From Callorhinchus milii (lineage: Eukaryota), in NCBI RefSeq assembly GCF_018977255.1, contig NW_024704743.1:113462001-113526000 (forward strand): a DNA stretch of 64,000 nucleotides, read 5' to 3'. The position numbers and the translations under genes are program-made. Shown in pieces: positions 50,944-63,797 of the stretch (the first letter of the stretch is position 1; each line of letters begins with the position of its first letter). Under the pieces are notes generated by a model. It was not told the origin of the DNA. It was given only the letters and a program-made list of their open reading frames with translations, and searched no databases.

Positions 50944-52439
50944 CTGCCTGAGTGACTGATGGTTGTGCTGACACACTTCCAAGTTCTGTTGTCACCCAGA
51001 AATGCGACAGAATCCCTCAAGTTCCCTTCTTGAAGGAAGCAACAAGAAATAGGAAGTGCCAAGTCCAAAATTCGTTCTGGGTCGGTAGGACCTGTAACAA
51101 GTGTTTACAGAAATCAATCCATCTCCCCATAAATCTTCGGGAAGAGGAGCCTGCAAGCCTCACCTGCACAAACAGACCAGCCTCCGTGTCTACAATGTGC
51201 AATCTTCACAAATAAAGTTGTTGGGGTTTTTTTTGCAAAAAGAATACAAGTTAATAAGAAAGTGACAGAACGAATCATTTGCCAATAAATCGCTTTTTAC
51301 ACTCAAACCCGCCGATGATCCGCAGACTGGATCTAATGTGATTATAGTGATGGAAATGCATGTATTTCACTTGTGATTTCGCACGATCTGACGGAAATAA
51401 CGGGATACAAAATAACGGTGCGAGTTAGAAACCGACTGTCGTTGTTTGAGCATCAACGAAATAATGCAATCATTCTCATCTACACACCGCCCGTCTGAGT
51501 GGAAGGAGATGTAGACTTTTCTGATCTGTGCATAAACTCCTCACCAGTGCTAAAGAGATTTGCTTTGCCGTCCTATTTTCCCAGGGGTTATTCACGTTAT
51601 TGGGGGAGATAAGGGCAATGATCAAACCCACATACAAGATGGGAGGGAGGGGGAGGGACACAAAACATCACGAAATAAGTTAAGTAAACCAGAGAGCTCT
51701 CAACCACAACCCTGTAACGATGATGTGTGTTAACCAGAGAAACAACCTGAGGGTTGACGATCTATTGAAGAAACCAGGACAGGGCTATATATATGACTTT
51801 GTGTGTATATCAGCCCCCAGCTTTCAGTCAAAGATCCTGATTTTTGAAAACATGTTGTGGACACACATATATATATATATATAATATACACACATATATA
51901 TATATATGAACTTGTAGCTCAGTATTGCAGATAGTTAACGCCACATTATTGCTCAATTTTACTTCTTGTGTTTATGTATTAATAATAATAACAATCCTTG
52001 CATTTTATAGACTTTATCACGTCGTTGAGATGTCTCATAGCACAAAAAAACTGTAAAGTGAATTGCCTCGACATTTTGTGGATACATTGACAAAATACAT
52101 TCACATCTATTGCGGGTTATTGTAGATGTTATTGCAGTAAGTTTTATTTATTGGGTGTCGGTCTTAGAAACCCATTAATTAAGTAGTGGGTGGAGAGATG
52201 GGAACCACCTGTCCTCCCCTCGCCAGGAGGATGCTGTGGCTTGTGGTCAAAGCAAACTAACGGGACCTTTAATAGTTCTTTATTTAACACCAATTGATCC
52301 AGAGTTTCCAAGTCAGGTCCCAGCTCTGCTGGAAGCTACCATCGAGGAACGGGTAGAGAACCCTACACCATCCATCATACATTCAGGCTCCTGCATTCAA
52401 TGTAAAAAAACAAAACAAAAGTCACAATTGGAAGGATCA

Positions 52440-52640
52440 ATAAACGTTATTACCTTTTAAAGAGGCTTAATCTATTTTTTAGCGCTTTTGTCCATTGGCT
52501 GCCATGGTGGACATGAGCCCATGTCACCCCTCCTTCCAATGGTTACATCCACATGGAGTGGACACTGGATACTTTCTGTTTCAAAATGATAGTAAAAGAG
52601 CATCCAACTCACTGGGAGGTGGAGTTTATATTCTTGACAA
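52440..52640 (+). promoter_or_regulatory. Probable MSC proximal promoter
   Basis: Two oppositely oriented CCAAT boxes (CCATTGG 52492-52498, CCAATGG 52536-52542) and a TATA-like TTTATA near 52625, about 130-270 nt upstream of the ATG. Confidence 0.4.
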
Positions 52641-52759
52641 AAGGGAGTTTTACGTGTGTGATTTTTTTTGGGGGAGGGAGGGTGGTATTTAATGGGTTTG
52701 AGGGAGTAAAGGGCTTCTTACTCGAGATTCAGTTGCAGAGTCTGGAAGGTCGATGCACC

Positions 52760-53236
52760 ATGTCTACCGGGTCCATCAGTGAGTGTGAGGACATGCAGGC
52801 GATGGAGATCCGAGGGCTCCTCCTGCAATGCAACGGCTTGAAACACGAATCCACCGACGCCGATTTCTACAGCTCGGCCGAGAATACCGAGGGGTCGAGC
52901 TCAGACTGCAGCTCCAAGAGGAAGAGGCCAGGAGGGAATGCCAGGAAAAAGCAACTGGTCAGAGCCAGAGCCAGAGGCAGATCCAGAGGCAGAGGCAGAG
53001 CCGGCAAAGAGGAGAAACAGTCACAGAGGAACGCTGCTAACGCCAGGGAGAGAGCCAGGATGAGGGTCCTGAGCAAAGCTTTCTCCAGGTTAAAGACCAG
53101 CCTTCCTTGGGTGCCACCAGACACCAAGCTCTCCAAGCTGGACACCCTCAGGCTGGCCGCCAGCTACATCGCACATCTCAGGCAAATATTAGCGGACGAT
53201 AAATACGAAAATGGATACGTCCATCCCGTGAATCTG
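52760..53236 (+). CDS. MSC: Musculin (MyoR/ABF-1) bHLH transcription factor, coding exon 1
   Basis: Kozak context is GCACCATGT and the N-terminus is MSTGS. The bHLH reads [58 protein letters not shown], followed by [10 protein letters not shown]|gtaaga. KQSQ, KTSLPW, YVHP and the position next to TRPA1 favour MSC over TCF21. Confidence 0.95.
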
Positions 53237-55888
53237 GTAAGAAAAAAAATTGCGGATAAGTGTAAATGTATAGTATAACCCACACTGGTGAGGTGCAATC
53301 ACCCCAACGACTTCTGTACGCTATAGATATATAATATATATATATCATGCAAACTGAATTGTGTATGTAAAACACTTAGGAAGACACCTGACAATGTTCT
53401 TGGTCTATAATGTGAATGTCACGTTCTCAGTAGCAGTTTAACGGGTAACCAGCAAAGTGGACGTTTGCCCAGAACAAATCTTAAATCAACACTAAACGAT
53501 GGGTTAATTGCGACATGAAACGTATTTTTTTTCATAAATTAAGACGAATATAAGACAGCTGTGTTGTGCCGTTTAGTGAGACGTGTATCCCTGAGGCATA
53601 AATAATAATAATAAATAATAATAGCGACAACTCACCATTTGATGTCATCTCAGAAATGGACAAATACATCATTATTGGTTAGGTTCCTTTAAGTAAAGAA
53701 TGACTTGATCCCTCAATAGAAAAAGTATTAACTATTTATTACAATCACATAAACAGTTACCCAACTCTCCGAATATCAAACCGATTTCCCAATTTGACAA
53801 GTCTCATACAAATGAAAAATTGGTAAAAAGATGAATGCATTCTCTCTTCCCCCCCAGAAAAAAAATGCAGAAATGTTATTATTTTCTAAGACAAAAAATA
53901 CCGCCTTCAGTAAAAAAAAATCTGTATTTTCCCGATAATTGGGAAATACGGAAAGCTTTCTTTCGCCTGTTAGTAAATCTTGATGGTGCAAAAGTTAGTT
54001 CAAGTAGGTTTTAACGAGAGACCTGAGACCAACATACAGCTGAAGGGAAGAGATTAGCTTCATCTCTCAGATACCATTCAGGTGACACTTCCTGGTGTAA
54101 AGTGAACCTGGTACTTACTATTTTGTACACTTTCCAAATGTAGTTCTTCCGCTTGGACAGGTTTTTTGATATCACTGAGACTCTGGCAAAGGTGTCTGCG
54201 TTACCATCTCAGCTTCCCCTCTTTACACACAGTTTAAACATCAACACAGGAGTAACATCAGGTGAATTAACCTTCTGTCTCCAAGAACAATTGTACCAAT
54301 TCGTGAGTTTCAGCCTCGCCAATGTTGGTGACACGAACATATTTCGATTTTAGCTGCTTGAAATAAGCACTTTGCAGATGAATCTTCTTTTGTAAATTCA
54401 GTTTGCATCACTGACAAATTGCTCGAACCTAATGTGCGTCTGTCGTCCATGGTGTTAACACGAAAAAAAGTGGTTAACTGGAAAGAATTAATGACAACTT
54501 TGTATCTGTTTGAAAACAAATGTCAATGATACTTGGAGAGGGTAGTAAACATTTATAGTTCAGTATAAATCATAGGAGTAGATAGCAACTTTAACATAGT
54601 ACTTACCAGGGATCACTATTTCCAAATCAATCACATTTAAATATAAGCTTTAAAATACAAATTCAGCATATGTGCAGCTTCTTAGATTCAAAAATGTTGT
54701 ATGACTTTATATGCAAATCTGTTGCAAGTTGAAGGATAGTTACAATAGCTGGGACCTTTTAAAGTGTGTACTTTATTTTAGTTGTGCAGTATTGGTACTA
54801 AACAATTTCAATCAAGCTTCAAATCTTACAGGAATGAACGCAGACGCTTTCTGGAATTGTGTTGGCAAAAGTCAGAATGTGATTCAAATAGCTGAACACA
54901 TAGTTAATTGTCAAATGCAGTAGTTTTTTTTNAGGAAAAACGCTTTTTTAAAAGAGTTTTTTTGATAGATTTTTAAAAAAAATTATAGTTTTTTATTGCA
55001 AAATCAAGAAAAGTTTCAAAAGACACAGAGGTTTTATTTTCTTAAACAAATGAGAATCCCATTGATCAGGCATGAAATATGCACATGTAAATTGGAAGCA
55101 ATAAAAGGCTTTTACCAAGTGGGAAATTATTTGATGATTGGAATTCCTTTCTTTTAATTCAACTTTTAAAATACTAAACCTCGGTGATTAGTTTTAACAA
55201 AATGTCACAAAAGTTTCCCTCTATCAAAAAAAGAAAATGCATTTCAGAATGTATGTCGTAATTATTATTATTGTGTCGTAATTATTATCTGATGAGAAAT
55301 GGTTGCTAGCTTTCAATGTGAATCATTTTAGTGCTAACAAATCATATGATCATTCCTGTGGGATTTGCTACAAAATATCACTCTGATCTATTACTGCATT
55401 CCTATACATTTAACACAGTGTAAATCTCCTTCAGAGATTTCTACATAGCTATAGACAAAAAATATGTATTTTGACAATTGCATACTGCATTATTTATGAT
55501 TCATGATATTATTTACCTCAATATTAATATTGTCTTTATTTACCAATTGCGTAATATCAAATTTACTGGATACAGCACATTGATGAAACATATGTCATTC
55601 TTGTTTAATATTTCACTCTTTATTTGCTGAATGTTATAGTTCATGAGTTTTGATACCGAATAGAAGAACTGACCAGAATGTATAGGTAAATTTGTGGCAA
55701 AAAAAACTTAGCAGCTTTATTCCAGCGCTTTGAGAAGTCCTTCCGACGTGAAAGGCGCTATACAAATGTAATTTTGTTGTTGTTGTTGCTACAGTCATTT
55801 TAAAGGTGTTCACTAGTTGATATGAATGTTAATCAGAGCTAATAAATGCTCACATACATATTTCTCTTTCAAACTTTATTTTTTTTAG

Positions 55889-55975
55889 ACATGGCCTTTC
55901 GTGGTGTCAGGAAGACCAGAAACAGACAGCAAAGACCTTGCTGCCACTTCCATCCTGTGTGGGACCACAGTATAG
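55889..55975 (+). CDS. MSC: Musculin coding exon 2
   Basis: Acceptor is ttttttag|ACA TGG. It translates TWPFVVSGRPETDSKDLAATSILCGTTV*; compare mammalian MSC TWPFVVSGRP...RLCGTTA. It is in frame with exon 1, giving 187 aa in total. Confidence 0.95.
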   Translation, partial: TWPFVVSGRPETDSKDLAATSILCGTTV

Positions 55976-56762
55976 CAGCTTGAGGGAGCTCCAGGAGAAA
56001 GCCTCGGAGAAGTGGGTTCAAGGAATTAGTCAAACTGTTTGTGATACAGTGTGAACCAATGGTCCAGTCCCAGCACTGTTCCGATCCCAACAGTCCTGCT
56101 GCCTTCTCCAGCTGTTGTTCATCAATTTTTTTCATTTTTTAACCACATACTTTGCAGGACGAACCTCTGTCACAGTATTTTGAACAAAAGGAAATTAGGT
56201 GTAAATACACTATGTTGATGCACTGACCTCTATACTAGCAGAAGTTTAACACAAGAATGTCTGGTAATTGGGAGATGTACAGTGGATACTTAATGTGGGC
56301 CATGTATGAACATTACTGTATGCAGTAGAGTCTATAATCCACACTAATTGGGATTGATCTTATGGATAAGCAGATACTGCAAATAATTGGACATCACGTA
56401 AACTGCAGATATGGTGCTAACTAAAAAAAGTGTTATATCAGGAATTATGCTGACACTTTATATCATACTAAATATTGTGCCTGCCATTCTCTTCCACTCT
56501 TCTCTCTCCCTTTGTCTTTGCTTTGTCTCTCTCTCTCTCTCTCACAATCTCTCTCACAATCTCAATCTCTCAATTAGCTTTCCCCTCTCATTATACCTCT
56601 CTCTTTCTCTGCTTCTTTCTCTCACTCTGCCTCTGCTTTCACCCACAAATATAATCAATTCACTTTACAGTATACTCCGTGAAGCTCCTTTGAAATATCT
56701 AGAAGATGTGATAAGTTGCTATACCAAATGCAAGTATTATTATTACTTCTATCTCTCTGTAC

Positions 56763-57265
56763 ATAGAATCATAGAATTATACAGAACAAAAGAAGGCCAT
56801 TCGACCCATCGTACCCATGCTGGCTGTTTGAAAGAGATATCCAGATTAATTCCATTCTCTCTATTCCATTCTCCAGTCCATAGCCTTGCAAATTTGTCCT
56901 CCCCAAATATCTATCTACTCTCTTGAAAGTTGTTATCGAATCAGCTTCCGCCATCCTTTCAGGCAATGCATTCCAGATCCAAACAACTTACTGGGTGAAA
57001 AAATTTCTCCTTACCTCCCCTCTGGTTCTTTTGGCAACTATTTAAATCTGTGTCCTCTGGTTACCAATGCACCTGCCAGTGGAAACAGTTTCTCCCTGTT
57101 CACCCTATTGAATCAATAATTTTGAACGCCTCTATTAAATGTTCCCTTAACTTTCTCTGCTCCAAGGAGAATAATCCTAGCTTCTCTAGCCTCTCCTCAT
57201 AACTGAAGTCCTGCATTCCTGGTACCATCCTGGTAAATCTCCTTTGCACCCTCCATTGCCTTGAC
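56763..57265 (-). mobile_element. CR1 3' fragment
   Basis: Minus-strand MPERMAEADSITTFKRVDRYL, a CR1 ORF2 C-terminus, with an (ATTCTATG)-like terminus. Confidence 0.85.
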
Positions 57266-57589
57266 GTATATAATCTCTCTCTCTCTACACTGAATAAAAG
57301 TGTTGTAAATATAAAACCTTACTTTTGCTACAGCAAAAAATATTATTTGTATTTGTAAAGTTGTAAGCATACAAACTAGATCTCTAAGAGAAGCCCCTAG
57401 CAACCATATGCGTATGAGTGCACATACACAACTTACAATTTTTTTCTACCATCATCAAATCTCCATGTCTTACTTCCACAATGAAGCTGTATGCAGATAA
57501 AAGGGCATGTGAACACCAAGTACTCTACTGTATTCCTATTATAAGGGTATCTACAGGCAGTGACTGGTGTCAGTGGCAAAGTGCAGACA

Positions 57590-58080
57590 CAACAACAATA
57601 AATTTACATTTATATAGCACAGTTTATGTTGGTAGGATGTCCCAAGATGCTGGACAGTACAGGGTTTGCATCTGATGGGGCTGAGGTTGGTGGGGTTGAG
57701 GGGGGGAATGATGACTGAAAGTGTAGTCAAAAACGGATGTTTTGAGGTGGACCTTGAAGGAGGCGAGGGAACAGGCAAGGAATAGGGATGCCAGGATGGA
57801 GTTGTGGCAGAGAGTGGGGGCAAATACGCTGAAAGCCCAACCACCAATAGTGGGTTGGGAGGGTAGGGCAGGCCGGTACCTGCTGAGTGGAGAGGGTGGT
57901 CAGGTTTGTATGGTTTGAGAAGGTTGAGATCTGGTGTGGGACAAAACTCTGGAGGAATTTAAAGGTTAGGACAAGATCTTGAACTCATTCTGCTGATGGA
58001 TGGGAGCCAGTGGAACAGACAGGGATGGAGGAGATAGGCTCGCACAGCCTAGTGGGGGAAAGGTCACGAGCTCCAGAGTC
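57590..58080 (-). mobile_element. Decayed L2 3' fragment
   Basis: (CAA)n tail at the left, and gatgggagccagtgga (the LHWLP motif on the minus strand). Confidence 0.75.
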
Positions 58081-58916
58081 CTAAACACACTAAAACAAGT
58101 TCAGTACAGAATTTATTTTATTTGGAGAACTGGCAGTATTTACAGTTGATGTATAAATTGTGAAAAAAAATGAAATACTTAGAACAAGTTGGCTGCTGCA
58201 GTGTATTGTTTATTTTGTTTGAAGCTTGTATATTACAATGTTAATCATTATGCCGAGCACTATTCGTTTTGATTCAGATTTCTCTATCAGTGTTAGTCAC
58301 ACAGCTCTTACCTGTTTTTCTGGGGTTACTGCTTACTCCTTTTGATGTACAGTTGATTTTTAAAATGCTTTTTTTTTACAAAATAATTGTCGTTTATTTT
58401 TTAAAAGTACTTTTATAAATGGAAACAATAGCACTTTACCTGTTTACTATCAAACATTGTTAATTAAAGGGTCTCCCGTGAGAATGAGAAATTGATTTAA
58501 TATTGTTCTACTAGAATTGCTCAACTCCAATGGCAATGTTACAATGTCGGATGAATTTTGAGTATTTAGAGCTAATTGTAAAGCAAGTGTTTGCAGTTTG
58601 CAGCTACCTTCTCATCCTCAGGAAACAATTCGTTCATGATTCTGATCTCTTTTTTCTGAATGTCTTTGTATTTTTACGATGAGAATAACTACTTGAGGAA
58701 ATAACTACAGTGACTGGTAAAAAGTTTTACCTTTTACCAAGGAGGTGATGCTATAAATCACTTCCACCTGTAATTGAAGTGATAGGTAGAATATATAGTA
58801 AAAGACTAACCCCTTCACCAGTGTAAATGTGTATACAAGTCTCACTTGAGTTCTGCTGGATATAATACGGTGTCCTGAGAGCTTTATATCTGACACACAC
58901 ATGAGCTTAGATCGTT

Positions 58917-59185
58917 GGAGTCCTGTAGCTCAGTGGTTAGAGCACTCGCGTCGCAATTGAGATTCCCGGCAGGGCGAAACCTCGGACAAATTTCCTTACT
59001 CCACATGGCTGATAATAATTCGTAAAGAAAAAAAAATAATTTGGTCACTCAATCCACGACTGTTTGTGGGACGCTGCTGTGTGCGATTGGCTGCCGCGTT
59101 TATTCTGTGAAGCACTTTGAGACATCTCAAAGATGTGAAAAGCACTATATCAAATGGAAGGATTATTATTATTTTTATATTATTA
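58917..59185 (+). mobile_element. Young SINE, short-type copy with deletions
   Basis: Head ggagtcctgtagctcagtggttagagcactcgc and the shared tail. Confidence 0.88.
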
Positions 59186-60612
59186 TGCTGCAAGGTGGTT
59201 TTATATATAATTTAACTAGTTTCACTGTGTTTCTCCAGGACAGAATACTCCTGCAACAAGCACCCTGATGTATATCCTGGCACCTATGTTCTTTTGTGCT
59301 GCTTGACAGTGTACTTTGTACATAGATACACCATCCTCTCAGACACTCAGTGACTCAATTGAATGGACACCAATGAGCTGCTCTCAGAGTTAGCAATGGA
59401 CAGTTGTAAGGAAGCTGAAAACATCCTATTTTTGGGGGGTTTCTAATCAAAGTAAAATGTGCACTCAGAGTGTTATCATCCATGGGTTAGTGACAGAAAA
59501 GAGCTTATCAGCACCTTTAAGTGTCACTGGGGTTTGGATTCCAGCATTAACACATCATACATACACTTTAGACCGCAGACATAAAGCACAGCATTGCTCA
59601 GCTTCAATGCAATCGAAAGCGACAGTGCTATTGGGCCTTTCTGTTCACATCTCTGTGAAATTTGTCCCATCACCTCACTCCTTGGTGTAATATAAATTTG
59701 GCATTTATTTTTGTTAAAATTCCAAATAAATACAAACTAATTCAAACACAGTTGAATTAGACCATATTGGGTCTGACATTCTACTTTGTTTCTGGCTTTA
59801 AAATCGCTATTGCCTTAAAATATAAGATTGCTTGCTGAGAATTGGAGAAAAATCCTGGATTCAATGTAAATTAGAAATTGATTATTTTTTGAGAGCAGAA
59901 AATGTTTTTCAGAATTAAGAATGAACTGAAAATGTGTCCACAACGCTGGGTGATCTTACATTTTAACACAAAATAGTCATACTGGTGTAAGAACTGGTAT
60001 AATTATGGTCCTACATAAACAGAAGCGTTTGGTGAAAGGATTACTTTGTAAGGAGGACATTTGCAGCCTATTTATGAACTAAAGTTGTTTTCCAAAGTAA
60101 CATTTAATGGAAATATCCAACAATTAAACTCTAATACATCTGTTCCAATTGTTCTGTACAAGTCCTCACTATTACAATTGATTTCAGATAATAAAGAGAT
60201 TGTCAATCGCAGGTTTACATTTATTTTGTAAATGCTTTCTGGTAAAGAATTTCCTAAATTAAGCACCTATTAGTGCTCTGCTATTCAAAAAAATAAATTT
60301 ATTTTATTACTTTGTTTAAAATATTTTACCAGAGTGTTTTGTTTTCTTTGGCTACAAAATATACAGTCACTATACTCTATAGTATATCCTCTGAAGCACT
60401 TTGAAACTTCCTCCCGATGTGAAAGGCCCTATATCAAATGCAAGAATTATTATTGTTGGAATGAAGCATCTAACTTGGCGTTTGATGGAACCTCAGTGCT
60501 TTGCAACTGAAAAGAAATAAAAGAATCACACACGAACACACAAACAGTCATACACACACACACATATATGTGTATATATATATAATCTATATTTATATGC
60601 ACATATATTAAC

Positions 60613-61379
60613 AACTCCACACACCTCTGTTTACCTAACAGTAGGTAGGAACCCAGTTGTTAATCGATTGGCGGAATGCTTTTCTGCAGTAATAATCCCT
60701 TCAAAGAAAAAAATAGAATAATTTGGTCACTTAATCTAAGATTGTTTGTGGGACATTGCTGTGCGCAACTGGCTGCTGCGTTTCGCCCACAGAACATTCA
60801 CTTTACAGTATATTCTGTGAAGTGCTACAACAACAACTTGGATTTATATAGCGCCCTCCACGCCGGACGGAGTCTCGGAGCGCTTCACAGTAATGGATCC
60901 CGGGACCGAGACAGGGGGAGGAGGAGGAAGGTGACCAAAGCCGCGGTCGAAAAGAAAGGTCTTCAGCAAAGACCTGAAAATAGGAAGAGAGGGGGCGACG
61001 CAAAGGGAGTGAGGAAGGGAGTTCTAGAGCTGAAGGCACGGCTGCCGATGGTGGAGCGGAGGACTCGGGAGACAAGGTAGAGGGCAGACCGAAGGAACGA
61101 AGGCAACAAGTACTGTTTTGAGGAGAGAGGAGGTTAGAGAGGTAGGGGTGTGCAGAGGAGTGCAGGGATTTGAAGACAAGGGTAAGGATCTTGAAGTCAA
61201 TCCTCTCTGGGACAGGCAGCCAGTGAAGTCTGGCAAGGACTGGGATAATCGGGGAGCGGAGGTTGGTGCGGGTAAGAATGCGGGCGGCAGAGTTTTGTAT
61301 AAACTGGATTTTAACTCAAGTGGTTTGAGACATCTTGAAGATGTGGTAAAGCACTATATCAAATCAAGGATTATTATTA
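60613..61379 (+). mobile_element. Young SINE (long, headless) interrupted by a minus-strand L2 fragment (about 60827-61310)
   Basis: The SINE breaks after ctgtgaagtgct and resumes at aagtggtttgagacatc (61318). The insert starts with a (CAA)n L2 tail. Confidence 0.8.
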
Positions 61380-63797
61380 ACAACAACTTGCATTTATATA
61401 GCGCCCTTCACGCAGGGTATTGTCCCAGAACGCATGCACACACATGCACCATAACACAACACGTATACATAAACATACACATTTGCCTTTTCCCACATAA
61501 CACAGTCACACCACTTTACAGTGAATCCTGTGAAGTGCTTTGGGATGTCCTCCTGATGTGAAAGGCACTATACCAAATGTAAGGATTATTATTATTGCAT
61601 ATACATACATGTCTAGGTTGTCTCTTTACAAGGAAGCTTTTTATTGTGGTGCACCACTCTATCTCTGTGATCTCCTGAGGCCCACTCACTGCACTCCACA
61701 AGCTCTGGCCAGTTTTATGTCCCTATCCGATCTGCTCCACCATCAAGGGGGGAACTTTCAGCCACTCTCTCCTGCCCTCTGGAACTCCCCACTACATGTC
61801 AGAGACTTCCTTGCCCCACCCTGTCAGTGATCCTCCCCCCACTCTGTTAGGGACCTTGTCCCAATAACCAGTCAGGACTCCCTACTCTAGAGATTCAGGT
61901 GATCTGCTAGGAAACCTCCAGTGCCATTAAAGGAACGCCTTGGTATGTGTCCAACAATCCCCCAGTGACCTGGTGGAAAATCCCTCGTGACCTGTAAGGA
62001 CATCCTTGGGCATAACTTACTGAGCAGCAGAACTCTGTTAATTTGTACCTTACCATCTAGTTTGAATTGAATTTAATAGCCTAGGTCTGATAGGCTTTAG
62101 AGGCTGGAGGAATTACACACTGGCAATTTTAATTGGTTATCTGCTAGTGTTAAAGGCCAATGCCTCCACCCTGCTAACTCCGGCCTGCTTTCCACACCTG
62201 TCCACTCTGCCTCACCATCAGCAGGTTACCAGCAGTGTGGTAATAGCCAGTGACGAGCAGTAATATTTGGAAGAAAATTTCATTTTTGCTATCTGTGGAC
62301 ATTTTTCCCAGCAGATTTTCTCACGAACAAGAAACTTATGATACTTTTCCAAACAAGGGAGCAAATTCTGTCCTATACATTTTGTTTTTTCAAACCAGTT
62401 CATCTATTTCCCATCGCCTAATGATTTCTGCAACAGTTTCAATTTTGGAAGAGAAATAATTAACAACAGACCGTTGACTGAGAAATGTGTCAATGCAAGA
62501 AAAGAGTAGTAATCAAGAAAATGAGCATAAAACGGCAGAAAGGTCACACTTAATTATTACTTTCCCTTCAGGAGTATGAGCTATTTCTCCAGCTCATTTC
62601 TCACAAATCCTGGTCAGACATGTGGCAATTGCAACATCCAAAATAAGGTCAATTAAACCAGAAACAGCAATGACATCACACTTCAGAAATTTGGAAAGTC
62701 CCTTGTTTTAATCTGTCCATCGACCTTTCGATCCTGTTGGCTTTTTCCTACTTTGCTCAGTTTCCTTCACTGCTAATCCTTTTATAGAAGTGCACCTGGT
62801 TTGCACTTTCTCTGCCGTTGACTGGCATTTTTGTACCTGGAGCTGACTGAAATAAAGGCCAGGTTGAAATTCTAAGATGCTGCCCTTGATACTTGGATAC
62901 AGCGAAATACCATGATGTGCTCATACTATATTTGGGAACTGGAAGTTTCAAAACCAGCCAAAACCTGACGGGAAATACAGTATTGCACTGGCCTTGTGGG
63001 GGTGTGGATTCCTGAAATCCGCCTGTTTTTACGTTGCATCCAGATCCCCAGACACCACATGAGATAAATGATCTGCACATATGTGCAGATCCTGTGCTTA
63101 AGAAATCTTGTTAACAAATACCACAAATCAGACCTCATTCCTAGACAGTTCAAATGATACAAAGTAGTGTGTTGTTGAGAATTTTATTGTTCATTGCATG
63201 TAATCCTGAGTTTCCACAGTGATGCATTTATTCTGAGTCATGAGAAAGCAAACTCTGATATGCTTGGTATGTGGGATATAATGCTGCATGTGTGATTTGT
63301 TTTCCAGTAGTAATAGGAGATTTAGATCAAAATATAGATCTTAATAACATTTGGAACCAGTTATCTGTCACACTGTGTGGTTCCAGTTGTATAGTCAGAA
63401 GGTTTATCCACAGATGGAAAGACAGAGACAATGACAGGTAAACAGAGACAAAAAAAAACTAAAAAAAGTATGCTTATACAGAGTGGTCAGTGAAACAAAA
63501 AAAATGTCCCCTTAGCCCATAATCACCATCATAAGTACCTTACGATGGGCATGTTTTTATGCTTTAAATGAAGCTCTGCCAGGGGCTAGCTTCTGAAATC
63601 CAAATGTTATAGCAAAATTAAATGATGTATGATTGCTTAGACCTTGTGAGAAAGTATCTCTCCCCGAGCAAGATCATGCAAGTTTTTTGGAAACAAGGAG
63701 AGGTCATTAGGATCTATAAAGGTACCATGTCCCTTTTTAATGGATCTAGTGGATTGAAAGATACAGTTGAAAGATATTGAATGCATGGGACAGTGAA

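Noticed and set aside
52472..52482. MEF2 site upstream of MSC
   Set aside because: CTATTTTTTAG has one more T than the CTA(A/T)4TAG consensus.
52553..52759. N-terminal extension of MSC in the 241-aa ORF
   Set aside because: Family homology and a good Kozak context begin at the ATG at 52760 (MSTGS). The upstream part looks like promoter or 5' UTR.
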